A stretch of DNA of 63,871 nt, counting the filler, from Globobulimina sp. (taxonomy: Eukaryota), in the NCBI GenBank assembly GCA_003354225.1. It is 49 parts of 49 records of this genome, joined end to end, with 100 filler letters (N's around TTAATTAATTAA, not from the genome) between each part and the next. Parts side by side here need not be neighbours in the genome. Positions count along the whole stretch, not along the records: positions 22,208 to 23,413 come from PIVH01021001.1; positions 23,514 to 24,719 come from PIVH01021002.1; positions 24,820 to 26,025 come from PIVH01021003.1; positions 26,126 to 27,331 come from PIVH01021004.1; positions 27,432 to 28,637 come from PIVH01021005.1; positions 28,738 to 29,943 come from PIVH01021006.1; positions 30,044 to 31,249 come from PIVH01021007.1; positions 31,350 to 32,555 come from PIVH01021008.1; 41 more parts are not named here. The stretch is one strand, 5' to 3'. The position numbers and the translations under genes are program-made. Positions 22,828-35,587 of the stretch are shown in pieces (the stretch's first letter is position 1; the number at the start of each line of letters is the position of its first letter). The notes beneath the pieces were generated by a model. The model was given only the letters and a program-made list of their open reading frames with translations, made no database searches and had not been told where the DNA came from.

Positions 22828-23413
22828 TCATATTATTTGTAGTTGAATAATTTTATCATCTTCGACTATCATCAAACCGTCCAAATTAACAATATCCTCC
22901 TCCTCCGAATACGAACTAAATTTCGCGTTTTGAAGATCATTAAATGTGAATTTTTGCTCAGTTTCATTGGGTGTCGCCTCCATATTTCCTGTCTCCATAA
23001 TAATTGGCGTAGCAGATTTCATTGGCCGTATAATGCTATTTCTTGGTGTTTGCTTCACGCTGCTCGTACGCGAGGTGGCTGTTTTATTTTTGCTTTTCGC
23101 CAAATGCAACTCTTGATATTGTTTCGTGGATATAAATCTCAAAAAAACATCATCGCGAATCAGGCCCCAAATATCATTAAAAGCCACATCAAAACAATGA
23201 TAAAGGAACGTTTTTATCATTAAAATATCATAGTCGTTATCCGCAGCAATTAATTCCTTTTCTTCTCGTGTCAATTGATGGAAATTATGATTGCGAATAA
23301 AATCAAATGATTGCTCTGGTTTTAAGCTAAAAAAACTGACCAAGGAATGTCGAGTCTCGCTGCTTAAATTCACGCACAGCGGACCCGAGATTTGTATATA
23401 TTTCGTGTATAAA
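22828..23413 (-). CDS. RGS-domain protein, C-terminal part
   Basis: YTKYIQISGPLCVNLSSETR and FDVAFNDIWGLIRDDVFLRF. Confidence 0.85.
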
Positions 23414-23515
23414 NNNNNNNNNNNNNNNNNNNNNNNNNNNNNNNNNNNNNNNNNNNNTTAATTAATTAANNNNNNNNNNNNNNNNNNNNNNNNNNNNNNN
23501 NNNNNNNNNNNNNAA

Positions 23516-24544
23516 AGAAAGAAAAATTTCTACAAATGTGTGGTCTCAACGAGTCCGGCTTATGCCTGGCAGTATCTCTGTCCTACTTGTACAAACGATT
23601 TGACTAGTCGTCGTTTATTGTCACCAATGGATGTCCAGGTCTCGCCTTCCTCTGCTGACCCTTCTACCAATATTGATGTTGCTCACGTATCAAAAGACGA
23701 GTTTGCGTCCAAAATTGCTTCTCTAACATCGGTTATAACTGACATTGGCTCACAAATCAAAGAAATAAAATCGTCGCTTGATACCAAAACAACATCATAC
23801 GCTGATATTGCCAAGAAGAACTTAGAAATGTCCCAAACAATGACCAGAACTTTGAAAGAAACAGTCAAATCCGTTGTGAACGATACCGACCCAACCAAGG
23901 TACTCATATTCTCACGGTTACCTGAAACGGGCTCTGTTGAAAGAGATTATAGTTTAATAACGGAATTTATTGATGGTTTGGTACCCGAGGGTGGTGTTCA
24001 GATTGATGAAAGTGATGTTTATGATGTAGTACGACTTGGTCGACCAAGGGATGACTTGAAACGTCTAATTAAAGTAACATTTACCAATGTAAGGTCTGTC
24101 AGACTTATTACGGAATATTATCGTAACAATGCAAAGGATCGTTTCATTCCTGAGTCAGCCAATGTCCTCTTTCCAAAAAGTATTACTCAAAAAGATCGTT
24201 TGTACACCAAGTTCGGTATTAGACCCGATTTATCACAGGAAAAACGAGATATCATGAAAGAACGAGCTCAAAAGGTTTACTGTTGGAATAATGAGATTCA
24301 TACTAAAGCTACAGCCAATGGTTCACTGCCAGAAGTAAGCTACAGTTTGCGCGGAAATGGCAATATATGGAAATTCATCAAGATCCGACTTTCCAGTTTA
24401 CAACAAAGTGCTGAGTTATGTTTTGAACAATTCCGACATCAAATAAAACAGAAGACAAGTGGAGTTATGAATGTTGTTCCCCCTTCACCTAAGGAGAAGT
24501 GGATAAGGGATAAAGATTGGAAATACAATGAACAACAGGACTAA
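23516..24544 (+). mobile_element. Non-LTR retrotransposon (CR1/L2-type) ORF1-like protein, 5' partial
   Basis: PHD-like end WQYLCPTC, coiled coil, SYADIAKK, LIFSRLPE, VVRLGR..KRLIKVTF and IRPDLSQEKR. Confidence 0.75.
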
Positions 24545-25311
24545 ATATTTACTGTTTATAATTATTAAAGTTATCATGTGGCGCCAATGGTGATTGACAA
24601 ATTGTTATTGTTATGTTAAAAAACGGTTTGGGTAAGTGCTAAGGCCACCAAATCGTTTTTTTCGTATTATACGAAAATAAATTTATAAATATATATAATA
24701 TACTATGGTTGATGTAGCTNNNNNNNNNNNNNNNNNNNNNNNNNNNNNNNNNNNNNNNNNNNNTTAATTAATTAANNNNNNNNNNNNNNNNNNNNNNNNN
24801 NNNNNNNNNNNNNNNNNNNAAAACTAGTCTGTTTCAAATCAAATAACTTCATAGTATACAGTATACACTCTGTCCCTCAATCGAGGCTCGTTTAGTGTTT
24901 TCATATTTCAATAAATTTTGAAGTTTAACAAATCAAGTTATTTAGAATTTTTGTCAAATTCAACAAAAAAAAGGGATAGATGACATTGAAAATGGTAATA
25001 TGAAAGTATAGACGATTTTATATTGGCATTTTTGTAATGTATACAATTTTATACTGAATCGTACCGTTTCTGCAGAAAGAGGCAAGTCATGAGCGCGCAG
25101 TAGTTGCAATCATAAAATTAAATTGAATTAAAGGCTATGCTGAATGATTCAATATTATTGATGTTAGTGTAAAAATATTCCATACACAAAAAAAAAATAC
25201 AAGTAATCTACAAAAAAAAGGAATAATAGACACACAACAACGAGAATAGGAACAGTGGAAAAAAAAATAAAGAAAAAAAAGCTCTAACAGAAAAAAAAAG
25301 AAAAAGCACAA

Positions 25312-26019
25312 TCAAACAGGTTGAAATTTAATAATTTTACCATTTTGATCATGCAAATAAAACAATTGAATTTGCAATTTAAGTTTTAAAGAATGAAACT
25401 TTCGTAATAATTTAGTTTTGAATAAAGAATGTAATGACGAATTATACAATTTATGTCTGGTTTGGATTTCCGCATAGGAATAGTTATCAATATTTACTTT
25501 ATCCGCATAAATGCCAACCCCTAAATTTATTTTATGAATCTCCTTTGGAAAATCATCCAAATGGATCCTACACCGAAATAAACCATTTTTTATCTTATTT
25601 TGTACTTCAAAGTGAAAGGCCAAACATTTATTTACATTGTAATTTCTATCAAAATACAAATATATCTTATACTGCACCGATTTGATCCATTCATTATTAG
25701 TCAACAACGATTCAAATTGTTTGTCACTAATTTCCCAATTAAATGTATTGCATTTGCACACATTGCATTTCTTTTCGGTCACTAAATACTTAATAAACTG
25801 CGACGATTTATTGATATTTGTCGGGTTATAATACAACAATGACTTTAATTTTGGCGCCAAATGAATGTATTCCGATTCAATAATCCATACAAATGCTTTA
25901 TTCTGAATACACTCATTAAATAAACACTGCATATAATACGGAATGCGGGCATCATACTTATTATGTTGCGAATTGTTTGCACCTAACATCATATTTATAA
26001 TCATCGCACAGATACACAA
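25312..26019 (-). CDS. Hypothetical protein, C-terminal part
   Basis: 235-aa ORF followed by an A-rich 3' UTR-like region. Confidence 0.5.
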   Translation of the reverse strand: MCICAMIINMMLGANNSQHNKYDARIPYYMQCLFNECIQNKAFVWIIESEYIHLAPKLKSLLYYNPTNINKSSQFIKYLVTEKKCNVCKCNTFNWEISDKQFESLLTNNEWIKSVQYKIYLYFDRNYNVNKCLAFHFEVQNKIKNGLFRCRIHLDDFPKEIHKINLGVGIYADKVNIDNYSYAEIQTRHKLYNSSLHSLFKTKLLRKFHSLKLKLQIQLFYLHDQNGKIIKFQPV

Positions 26020-26530
26020 CTGATCNNNNNNNNNNNNNNNNNNNNNNNNNNNNNNNNNNNNNNNNNNNNTTAATTAATTAANNNNNNNNNNNNNNNNNNN
26101 NNNNNNNNNNNNNNNNNNNNNNNNNAGATCCATGAACATACTGAAAAATTTATGAATGCTTCTTTTGATTCATTGCTTGGTTTGTTATAAAATTTAAATA
26201 AAATCGCCACAATGGCAGTAAATGATGATCGTGTCAGCAATCCTTTATCACGAGATATTATAGCTTTTGGTTGTTTTATCAACCGTGAGGAATTTACTTT
26301 TTTTATCTTTTCAATTTCATCGTTTGATTGTAATTGTATGAATGTATATTGTGAATTGATTGAATTGTAAAATAAAAAGACTGGTAAGCCTGTGACAATG
26401 AGGGCCGCTGTCCAGGTGGCAGGATGTTTCAGCATCGTCGCGTTGATACAAGGAAGTTAAAGGAACTTGATACAAGATATTAGTTTAGTAGTACTAGCTC
26501 TGACATTTGTACAGTTGTCTATTTTTAATC

Positions 26531-26918
26531 ATGGCACAATATGAAAACAACGCAGAACCAAAACCAAAAGATCAGAATGAATATGTAGCACATCAATTTC
26601 ATGTAAACGCGCATTTTGATGGTAAGTCTATGGCAGTAACGATTAAAGTAAGCGACTCAATTTCAAAAAAAAAATGGGAAATAGTATTAACTCAGAATGA
26701 TTATCAAGATATAAAGGGAGTTTATGATCAAATAAAAGTTGCAGTTGATACAAATAGAATGGCCTGTTCCTTTCCAGGTATATACGATCTCATCATTGCA
26801 ATTAATTAAATTGTATATGGATATAATTATAATATAAATAGATGAAGGTAAACCATTGGATTTGGTGTTAATGACACAGCCAAACTATTTCAATTTGGAA
26901 CTTGGAGAGACCTATTAA
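26531..26918 (+). CDS. Small hypothetical protein, two exons (intron ~26779-26841)
   Basis: ATG start, GT-AG intron, short second exon. Confidence 0.45.
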
Positions 26919-27493
26919 TTTACTATCAATATCCTTGCACATATTGTAGCGTTGTTGTTTTTGACGTAGTTTTTTCTCTTTTTTGTAAATATCAAATGGT
27001 CCAACGGCAAGGATTAATTACGTTGAAAACCACTCTAACCAATGCCGCAGTAATCTTTCCAACTCAGCGGTCCTTAAGCAAGGCCGCAGCGGCGTTTTGA
27101 CGGCGTTTTCAAATTCTGATTATTTTACGGGTGGAATAGAAAAAATTGTTTTGTTTATACTAAACACTCATTTTACAAAACAATCCACAAAACGCATGAC
27201 CAAACAAAACATGTTAAAACAAAACATGCTAAAACAAGACATACAAAAACCAATTAACAAATCACACGACATACACATACACACACAGACGTACTAAATA
27301 AATTATTTTATTTTTATAAATATTAAAATCTNNNNNNNNNNNNNNNNNNNNNNNNNNNNNNNNNNNNNNNNNNNNTTAATTAATTAANNNNNNNNNNNNN
27401 NNNNNNNNNNNNNNNNNNNNNNNNNNNNNNNGTTTTATTACAGTTTTATAACCTACAGTTTTTCCTTTTTGGCTCTGTAATAATTCAACTGCG

Positions 27494-28631
27494 ATGAATC
27501 AAACCCAATTGCAAGACGAGGAGATATGGGCTGAAATCGTAAATGTTTTACATCCAGATAAAGAATTACATGTCAAGGCAATAATAAAACAATCTGATAT
27601 TCTTAAAATAGAAAACAAAAAGGCGATTAATCGTTTGTTATACACAGACAAAATAGAGCATGTGATTCAAATACCAGGTCCAAAACCTAAGTGGAAGTTA
27701 AGAAACGGTTATAACGTAAAGAAACAGGACAGGTAAGCCACATAACATTGTTTTGTTTGAAGCATATTTATTTTAATAAAACCAAGCAGTGCAAACGAAG
27801 CAATTGAAAGAAAAAATAACTATGATGCTCCACACATTATTGAGCAAAAAGCAGATATAAAAATAAATGCAAAAATGACAGATAATTATAAATGGCAATG
27901 GCTATGGTATAGCGGACAAACAAATGCTTGGAAAGCTTATAAAAAACAAAACTCTCAAGTTATTTGAACAATATATTTTTACATAACGTATATTAATTCA
28001 GTTGAATTAAATACTGTACAGTTTATTGAATCTAACTTTGGCTCAAAAGAGAACATATTTGTTGATATAGAGGAGAAGTTATATGAAATAGATATGGAAC
28101 ATAAGCAACAAATTGACACCACAAATGGATACAAAACACCAATTAAAAGAGTGGCGTCGAGCTCTATCAATAAAAAGAACTTTCACATTGGATCCGTTCA
28201 TATTTCCAGCTTTATCTCCACTCCATGTACACAGAATGAATCAAACCAAACTGTTTTGTGTTACATTTATCATATTAAGTTCCAAGATGACCCATATGAC
28301 TCTCCAATTGGTATTATTCTGTCAAAGGAAATCGATGCTCGCTATTTAAAAGACATTAGATTTTGTGTATGTTTTACATGTCTTCCTCACTTAATCCATA
28401 TGCATTTAAATGTGCGTTCAGGTACAAACCAAAAAAAATGAAGAGTTAAAATGGAAAGCACTTATTAAGAAATGGGCAGAACAGAACGACAAATCTAAAA
28501 AATCCGTGAAATTCGATAAAAAGAATATTCATAATACGGAGATATCATTGGAATTAATTAAACCAAAAGGAAATAAAAATGCACATACATTGGAAAAAGA
28601 AACATTTCAACTGATTAAACAATCCCCATAA
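27494..28631 (+). CDS. Z-alpha + WWE + Dicer-platform-like protein; exons 27494-27732, 27790-27958, 28022-28366, 28422-28631
   Basis: Three GT-AG introns (57, 63, 55 nt) give one frame. Z-alpha: KKAINRLLY..GPKPKW. WWE: WQWLWY..WKAY..FIE..YEIDMEHKQQID..GYKTPIKR. Platform-like: CYIYHI..IGIILSKEI..ISLELIK. Confidence 0.75.
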
Positions 28632-28989
28632 AATCATNNNNNNNNNNNNNNNNNNNNNNNNNNNNNNNNNNNNNNNNNNNNTTAATTAATTAANNNNNNN
28701 NNNNNNNNNNNNNNNNNNNNNNNNNNNNNNNNNNNNNGAATCACCACCAATATGCCGCCAAATATGCTACGGCGTCCAAACTTCCTCCGAACTCGCCCCC
28801 TTTTGCCCGGTGGCTACGTACGAATCACCACCAATATGCCGCAAAATCGAACCTACCATAACTTCCACCATATGCTGCATTATAATATGTCACTCCGTTT
28901 TTCTTGTTCAACAAGAAATTCAGAGTGTATTAAAACATTTCTGTTGTATATATTTTGTTTATATAAATATACACAATTAAGGAACGAAA

Positions 28990-29070
28990 CAATGGATGAT
29001 ACGGTGCACAGTTTGCAGTGAGAGGCAATGGATGATACGGCGCACAGTTTGCAGTGTGAGGCTATGGATA
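28990..29070. repeat. Short tandem duplication CAATGGATGATACGG.GCACAGTTTGCAGTG
   Basis: Two near-identical ~36-bp units plus a partial third. Confidence 0.8.
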
Positions 29071-29441
29071 TTAAATAAGTTGTTGTTGTTGTAATTGGTT
29101 TTATGTGTGGATGGATCATAAGCTGTTGTTGTACATATTGTAGTTTGTGTGTGTTGATCATCATAAGTTGGAGCCATTGTTGTTGTTGATTTATGTGTGG
29201 ATGGGTCATAAACTGTTGTTGTACATATTACGCAAGGATACTATAATACAGCAATATGCTGTTGCGATTTGCAATGGCATTGCTCGCTGATTCTGCTTTG
29301 CAATTTGTATGACTTTGTGGTTCTGTTGTTGATTAAACCGATGCTTTTCTCGAGCACAACGAAGACATGCTTTCATTGGCTGAGAAGTAACTTTAAAAAT
29401 GCTGATGTTGACTGTAAAGTGGACTTCGTTAATCTGTAATC

Positions 29442-29565
29442 AAAAATATACAAAATATACTAAATATACAAAATATACATCAAACCAGTAGACCAATCAA
29501 AAAATATACAAAATATACTAAATATACAAAATATACATCAAACCAGTAGACCAATCAAAAAATAT
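29442..29565. repeat. ~58-bp tandem duplication
   Basis: ATATACAAAATATACTAAATATACAAAATATACATCAAACCAGTAGACCAATCAAAAAA occurs twice. Confidence 0.85.
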
Positions 29566-30247
29566 ATTTGAACCCAAAAATATATTTGTCAATAGACAAA
29601 ATATACACACATTCTGGTATATTTTGTATATTGTTTTATACTGAGATTCACGTGGAATATACAAATATACTTATCAAATATATTGATGTATATTTTCTAC
29701 TGAAACAAATAGCTCTATCAGAATTCAACCATTGATCCAGCTCATACTATAATTGTGTTGTTGTGTTTTTTTTTGTTTGATGATTCCTCGATTGTCCTAA
29801 TATACATTAATTTATTTTATTGTTGAAATATTAATTCTATTTTATATTATTTATGTAAATCCTTTTTTGTTGTATTTGTTTGTCACTTTATAATTTATAT
29901 TTTTTTTTCAAATGTCCAAAACTGTAAAAGATTCTGGATGAGTNNNNNNNNNNNNNNNNNNNNNNNNNNNNNNNNNNNNNNNNNNNNTTAATTAATTAAN
30001 NNNNNNNNNNNNNNNNNNNNNNNNNNNNNNNNNNNNNNNNNNNAATGTTATATTATTTATAACTTTTTCAATCATTTGGAGTCGCAAATAAAACCAATTG
30101 GCGCCGGCGACACTGCCAAACAAATTTCAAATTTATATTTTCAAACAAGAATGGATTGAGATTGATTGGGGCCGGGATTATATTGATTGATTGACTCATT
30201 TTTTTTATAAAATATTTATTTACAAGTTTTTCTGAACTTTAATCATT

Positions 30248-30650
30248 TTATTGCACTGTAAACCGAGTGAGAGTAACCGCACTATTTTTATATCCCAAAC
30301 TGACTGCCAATTTGTATGAAATGTTGTGTTGTCTTTCTATTTTATATGCAATTCCTTGGTATTTGTCATTTTTATGAAAGACAAAATGTCCCTTTCGCAG
30401 ATTCAATTCCATACAAATCACATCATTGATTTCAAATTCTTCTCCGTAGGCTTTCCATTTATTGCTTGAGCAAATTTCTCCATTTTTGCCGGAATAGCCA
30501 TAATTTATCGAGATTTTATCACGGAAAAACTCTTTCTTTACGTTGTTGTAATCACTTTGAACAATTCCAATCACCATACTTTTATTGCCAATTCCTGCGT
30601 CGATTCGAATGTACCATTTATAAATCTTGTCACTCATCGATGCAGATTTT
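30248..30650 (-). CDS. SPRY/B30.2 domain, terminal exon
   Basis: MVIGIV, YGYSG, YGEEFEINDVICMELNL, FHKNDKYQGIAY and YKLAVSL. Confidence 0.85.
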
Positions 30651-31849
30651 CATTCTTCATATTACACATATTATTTGTTCATCAATTTCGATCCGACAAT
30701 GCTGTGGCTGGCGGGTAGTTGGCGGGGTGGTGGGGACGAGGTGGTGTGGTGGGGTGGTGTGGTGGGAATGTGTTCGTAATAATTCTTTCAATAATATTCA
30801 TATTATTTACCTGGATCGGAATTGTACTAAATTGTATTATTTTTTGTAGCAGCTGACATTGCTAGCTACGAAAATGTGAGAATGTAACTTTACTGTTTTT
30901 TTCTTCTTCTTCTTGTTGTTGTTTGTTGCAGCTCTAGATCTCAAATGTTCATCAAGAGTTTGTCTAAAAAGTGCCCGCTATACATGAAGCATCGTTGTTG
31001 ACCCGTCTGTCGGATCCAATACGTCCATTGGTCAGCTCCTAAAATAGGTTCAGCATTATTTACGGCCAAGCGCTGCCTATGTTGTGGATATAGCGAATGG
31101 GAACTTTTTGTATGGAAATTTGATGCTCTATTTGTTGTATTTCAGGTGTATGTGCAAAACAATTTAATCAACTAAACTGATATTAATTTTTGTACTTTTA
31201 AAATATACAGAAAAAAGTATAGTTATAATTTGATGCACATCAATTAATTNNNNNNNNNNNNNNNNNNNNNNNNNNNNNNNNNNNNNNNNNNNNTTAATTA
31301 ATTAANNNNNNNNNNNNNNNNNNNNNNNNNNNNNNNNNNNNNNNNNNNNTTGGTATTGGCAGTGGCTGCGTTTGATGGTTCATTGTTGGTATTGGCTGAG
31401 GCGCGGATGATGGTTCATTGTTGGTATTGGCTGTGGCGACGGCGACGGCGACGGCGACCGCGGTTGTAGCATTGAGGGAACCATATCGTTGTGTGTATGT
31501 ATAGTATGGTTTGCTTGTGTTGGTGGTGGAGGCAAACATAAACAGACTTAACTGATGGTTTGTTTGTGTTGGTGATGGCGCAAATTCGCAGCAACCAATC
31601 GTATAATGTCGTTGTGTATGGTATGGTGTGGTATGAATGTCCGAATGCCACGGACGCCAAAATGTATAGTTTAAACATAATGCATCATGGTAGCATTCGG
31701 AATAATATCGCGCAAATTCGCAACAGATCCATCGCATAAGTGGCGATTGGATCTATCAGCAAAAAAAGCGCATTATTGTAGGACCCGGACATTATCATTG
31801 TAGGACATTGTAGGACCACGGATATTGTTATTGGCTATGGCGCGTATGA

Positions 31850-32008
31850 TGGTTCAGTTTGTGTTGATATTGGCTGTGGCGTTTGATGGTTCATTGTTGG
31901 CATTGGCAGAGGCTGCGTTTGATGGTTCATTGTTGGTATTGGCAGAGGCTGCGTTTGATGGTTCAGTTCGTGTTGGTATTGGCTGTGACGCGTATGATGG
32001 TTCATTGA
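31850..32008. repeat. 36-bp minisatellite GATGGTTCATTGTTGGTATTGGCAGAGGCTGCGTTT
   Basis: About four degenerate tandem units; related units at 31350-31435. Confidence 0.8.
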
Positions 32009-32842
32009 GTTAATGCATCATTTAGATCCATCGCATAAGTGGCGATTGGATCTATCAGCAAAAAAATGAACATTGTAGGACATTGTAGGACCACGGTTGT
32101 AGGACATTGCCTGTGTATAATGAATGTGTGTGTTCGAATCACTGTTAAAAAGTAACTCTATACCTGCTTGCAGCATGCCAAGCACTCATGTTGAGTTGAG
32201 TAAAGAAGTAAAGATGAAAATAAAGTTTTTAAGAATTATTTTTATTTACAATTTTTAAGAATTATTTTTATTCACATTTTGGTGATGGAAATGGTGATCA
32301 AATGTGCATGGGAATGGTGATTTTTCATCACACAACATCATGGAACATGATTATATGCTTTATTTTGCGTTTTAAGCTCATTCATTCCAAACTTAATATC
32401 CAGACTTAATTCCAAGACTTAATATCCAAACTTAATACCAAGCATAGTTACTAACTCTAATTAATCGAACTGGAGAGATCGACTGATTATGAACTTCATC
32501 GTATTGTACGTGATGTAGGTTCTCAACGGAATTGCTATGATTCAAAATTAATCCTNNNNNNNNNNNNNNNNNNNNNNNNNNNNNNNNNNNNNNNNNNNNT
32601 TAATTAATTAANNNNNNNNNNNNNNNNNNNNNNNNNNNNNNNNNNNNNNNNNNNNGTCAAAACGAAGAATTGAAGTCTTTCCTTTTAGAACCTATCTGAT
32701 TAACACAATACACACACAATACAACAACACAAAAGTCTAGAAAAATGACGAAAGAGTCAGTGTGGTCATCCCTATTTCTATTGAAAATAAGGTGTTTATG
32801 TGCAAGGATATGTTAAAACCCCTCCACTAAGTCTTGGATAGC

Positions 32843-33861
32843 ATGTCTTTCATGATTTTTGTTTTCATTTTTGGAGTATCAATAATAAGCGCTGTAATAG
32901 CAATGAATCGCGCATTAAATGTATCCAAATTAGCCACCACATTCTTTCGAATCATTGTACTATTTATTATAATATGCATTGTCATAACGATTGTCATTGA
33001 ACAGACTGATTTCACTCCACAACCACGACATATTTTCAATAACATACAACAACCAAAGTCTATTAAATTACTGCTGCATAACAATAACAATAACAGCTCA
33101 TCACGAACAGCATTAAACATTCAAACCAACAGCGATCCAGAAGTGATAATATACGATGTACAAAGTAATGAGATAAACAGTATGGACATTGATATAAATA
33201 ATGAAGAAGAGGAGATAAAAAAGGATGAAAATATTGAAATTAACGACAATGAAACTGTGATAGAGCCCGCTATGATGTTAGCACCGGCATATTTACCTAA
33301 AAAAAAAGCTGATTTCACCATATTAAGTCCTCAGGAATTAGAAGAAAATGCAGAAGAATGGAAAATGGATAATATATATCCTGAGTTGAACGATAATGAG
33401 TTATTGCAATGCGGCGATGCAAAGAGATATTATTATGGTCAATCGAATGGAGCGCAGTTGAACTATTTCGATAAAATAAAGTTATGGCCAATACCACAAA
33501 AATTCAAATTGTATACGCATAATCCGGCAATAAAAGCAGCTATGAAATGGGTGTGTAATTGCGGCGAATTAATTGCTACAAATGACATCTTAAACAATGC
33601 AGTGAACAGATATAACTCATTGATGTTTCAACACAAAATCGACAGTGACATAGAAAATGAATATGCGAAGAATAAATATTATTTCGCCACTATTAAATTA
33701 GTGATTGATGATAAAAAATTGACTGAAACAATTCCATCTGAGACAACAGATGAGTGGTACGAAATTATTATCCCATATGACAACATCCAATGTCATAACA
33801 TTTACATTCACAGTAAATCAGTATTCGGCGCATTACGTGCAATAGAAACATTATCTCAACT
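32843..33861 (+). CDS. Beta-hexosaminidase (GH20) N-terminal region with membrane anchor
   Basis: LWPIPQ, ILNNAVNRY, TDEWYEI and SVFGALRAIETLSQ. Confidence 0.85.
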
Positions 33862-33979
33862 NNNNNNNNNNNNNNNNNNNNNNNNNNNNNNNNNNNNNNN
33901 NNNNNTTAATTAATTAANNNNNNNNNNNNNNNNNNNNNNNNNNNNNNNNNNNNNNNNNNNNTACATTATTTAATAGATA

Positions 33980-34750
33980 ATGTTTGAGTCATTTAATGTT
34001 TATGGACTTTATTTAATGCCAAATGCTTTGTCAACTTTATTTGAAACGGACAGAACGAGTGGAATCGTTATTGATTTTGGTTATGAAACGACAGAGGTAA
34101 TACCAATTTATAATAATACTATTTTATCCGAATGCATCCATAAGTTAGACATTGGTGGCAAACATATCACTGATTACTTTGTGGAATTGTGTGGTGAGAG
34201 GGGCTATGATATGACTACTTCGTCAGAAATAACTGAAGCAAACAGGGCAAAGGAATTAATATCTTATGTTGCATTGGATTATGAAAAAGAATTAGAAATT
34301 GCGAGTAGTACATCATCGATTGAGTGCAATTTCGAATGGGAACATATGTCCATTGTGACTTTTGGAGTGGAAAGATTTAAATGTACGGAATGTTTGTTCA
34401 AACCAGATTTATTAAATACGAACTCAAAACAAAATGGCATTCATAAATTAATACATTTGTCAATAATGAAATGTAATGAAAATGTTCGACAATTATTATG
34501 TTCAAATATTGTTTTATGTGGTGGGCCTTCAATGCATCAGGGAATAGATAAGAGATTAGAAAAAGAATTAAAATTATTATTTAAACAAACAAAAATGAGC
34601 ATTGAAATCATTGCACCTGAGACAAGAAAGTATTCGAATTCTTCATGGAATGCTGTATCTACTGTCATGTCTTCAGCCGCTTTCAACGACAAATGGATAT
34701 CAAGAGATGATTATGATATATTGGGATCATTAATTCTCACTCATTTGTGA
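33980..34750 (+). CDS. Divergent actin/actin-related protein, terminal exon
   Basis: MFESFNV, TSGIVIDFG, LDIGGKHITDY, YVALDYEKEL, ERFKCTECLFKP and NIVLCGG. Confidence 0.92.
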   Translation: MFESFNVYGLYLMPNALSTLFETDRTSGIVIDFGYETTEVIPIYNNTILSECIHKLDIGGKHITDYFVELCGERGYDMTTSSEITEANRAKELISYVALDYEKELEIASSTSSIECNFEWEHMSIVTFGVERFKCTECLFKPDLLNTNSKQNGIHKLIHLSIMKCNENVRQLLCSNIVLCGGPSMHQGIDKRLEKELKLLFKQTKMSIEIIAPETRKYSNSSWNAVSTVMSSAAFNDKWISRDDYDILGSLILTHL

Positions 34751-34863
34751 TTTTTGAGTGACTTGGTTAGAATAGATGCTACATTTTATCAATAATTAAG
34801 TTCCTTTTTTTTTGCTTGTTTAAAAAGTGGCAGATATTGTCAATTAAATATGCATAATTAACC

Positions 34864-35166
34864 TCAATATTCACCACACCATGGCACCCAAATGGGACCA
34901 ACAAGAGAATTATTTGGATGAATCACTGCCGGACAATTGTGATCAACAGGCGGCGTTGGATAATATGGAGCTGACTTGAAAATCGCTTCCATTTCACTGT
35001 ATAACTCAAGCACCAAATCACTATGATTCGAACTGATGTCATTATATTCATACGGATCATTACTAATATTATATAATGGCATCATATTCGTAGCATTGTC
35101 ATATCCGACTGACAACATCGGCGGCTTTACCCATCCATTCTCGTCCGGACTCCCTCCGCCTGTCCC
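34864..35166 (-). CDS. Arylsulfatase (ARSB-like) C-terminal fragment
   Basis: LYNISNDPYEYNDIS..DLV...GPIWVPW. Confidence 0.7.
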   Translation of the reverse strand, partial: GTGGGSPDENGWVKPPMLSVGYDNATNMMPLYNISNDPYEYNDISSNHSDLVLELYSEMEAIFKSAPYYPTPPVDHNCPAVIHPNNSLVGPIWVPWCGEY

Positions 35167-35587
35167 NNNNNNNNNNNNNNNNNNNNNNNNNNNNNNNNNN
35201 NNNNNNNNNNTTAATTAATTAANNNNNNNNNNNNNNNNNNNNNNNNNNNNNNNNNNNNNNNNNNNNTTGTTGATATTGTAGTAAATATTGTTGTTGTGTT
35301 GTTGTTGTTGTTGTTTATTATTCTCAGATACATATAATGGCGATGGAATGGATGGAATGGATGCATTATTTGCAATATTTGCTATTTCATTGTATAAATT
35401 AGGTGATGCATTTTGTGAGTCAATGGCCCATTTTAATAAAAACAATTCCCATCCATTTGTAATCCATTTGTCACAAGGTGTGACTTTTCAAACGGAATGC
35501 AAAAAATAAGTTAGTTCGAAAAGTTTTTAGAAATTTGCAGCATTATCGGAGAGGCCTATTGAGTCGAAAATTGATTCAATTGAGTCG

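Noticed and set aside
27066-27090. GC hairpin GCGGTCCTT/AAGGCCGC as a Helitron end or terminator
   Set aside because: No CTRR terminus at the expected distance and no supporting context.
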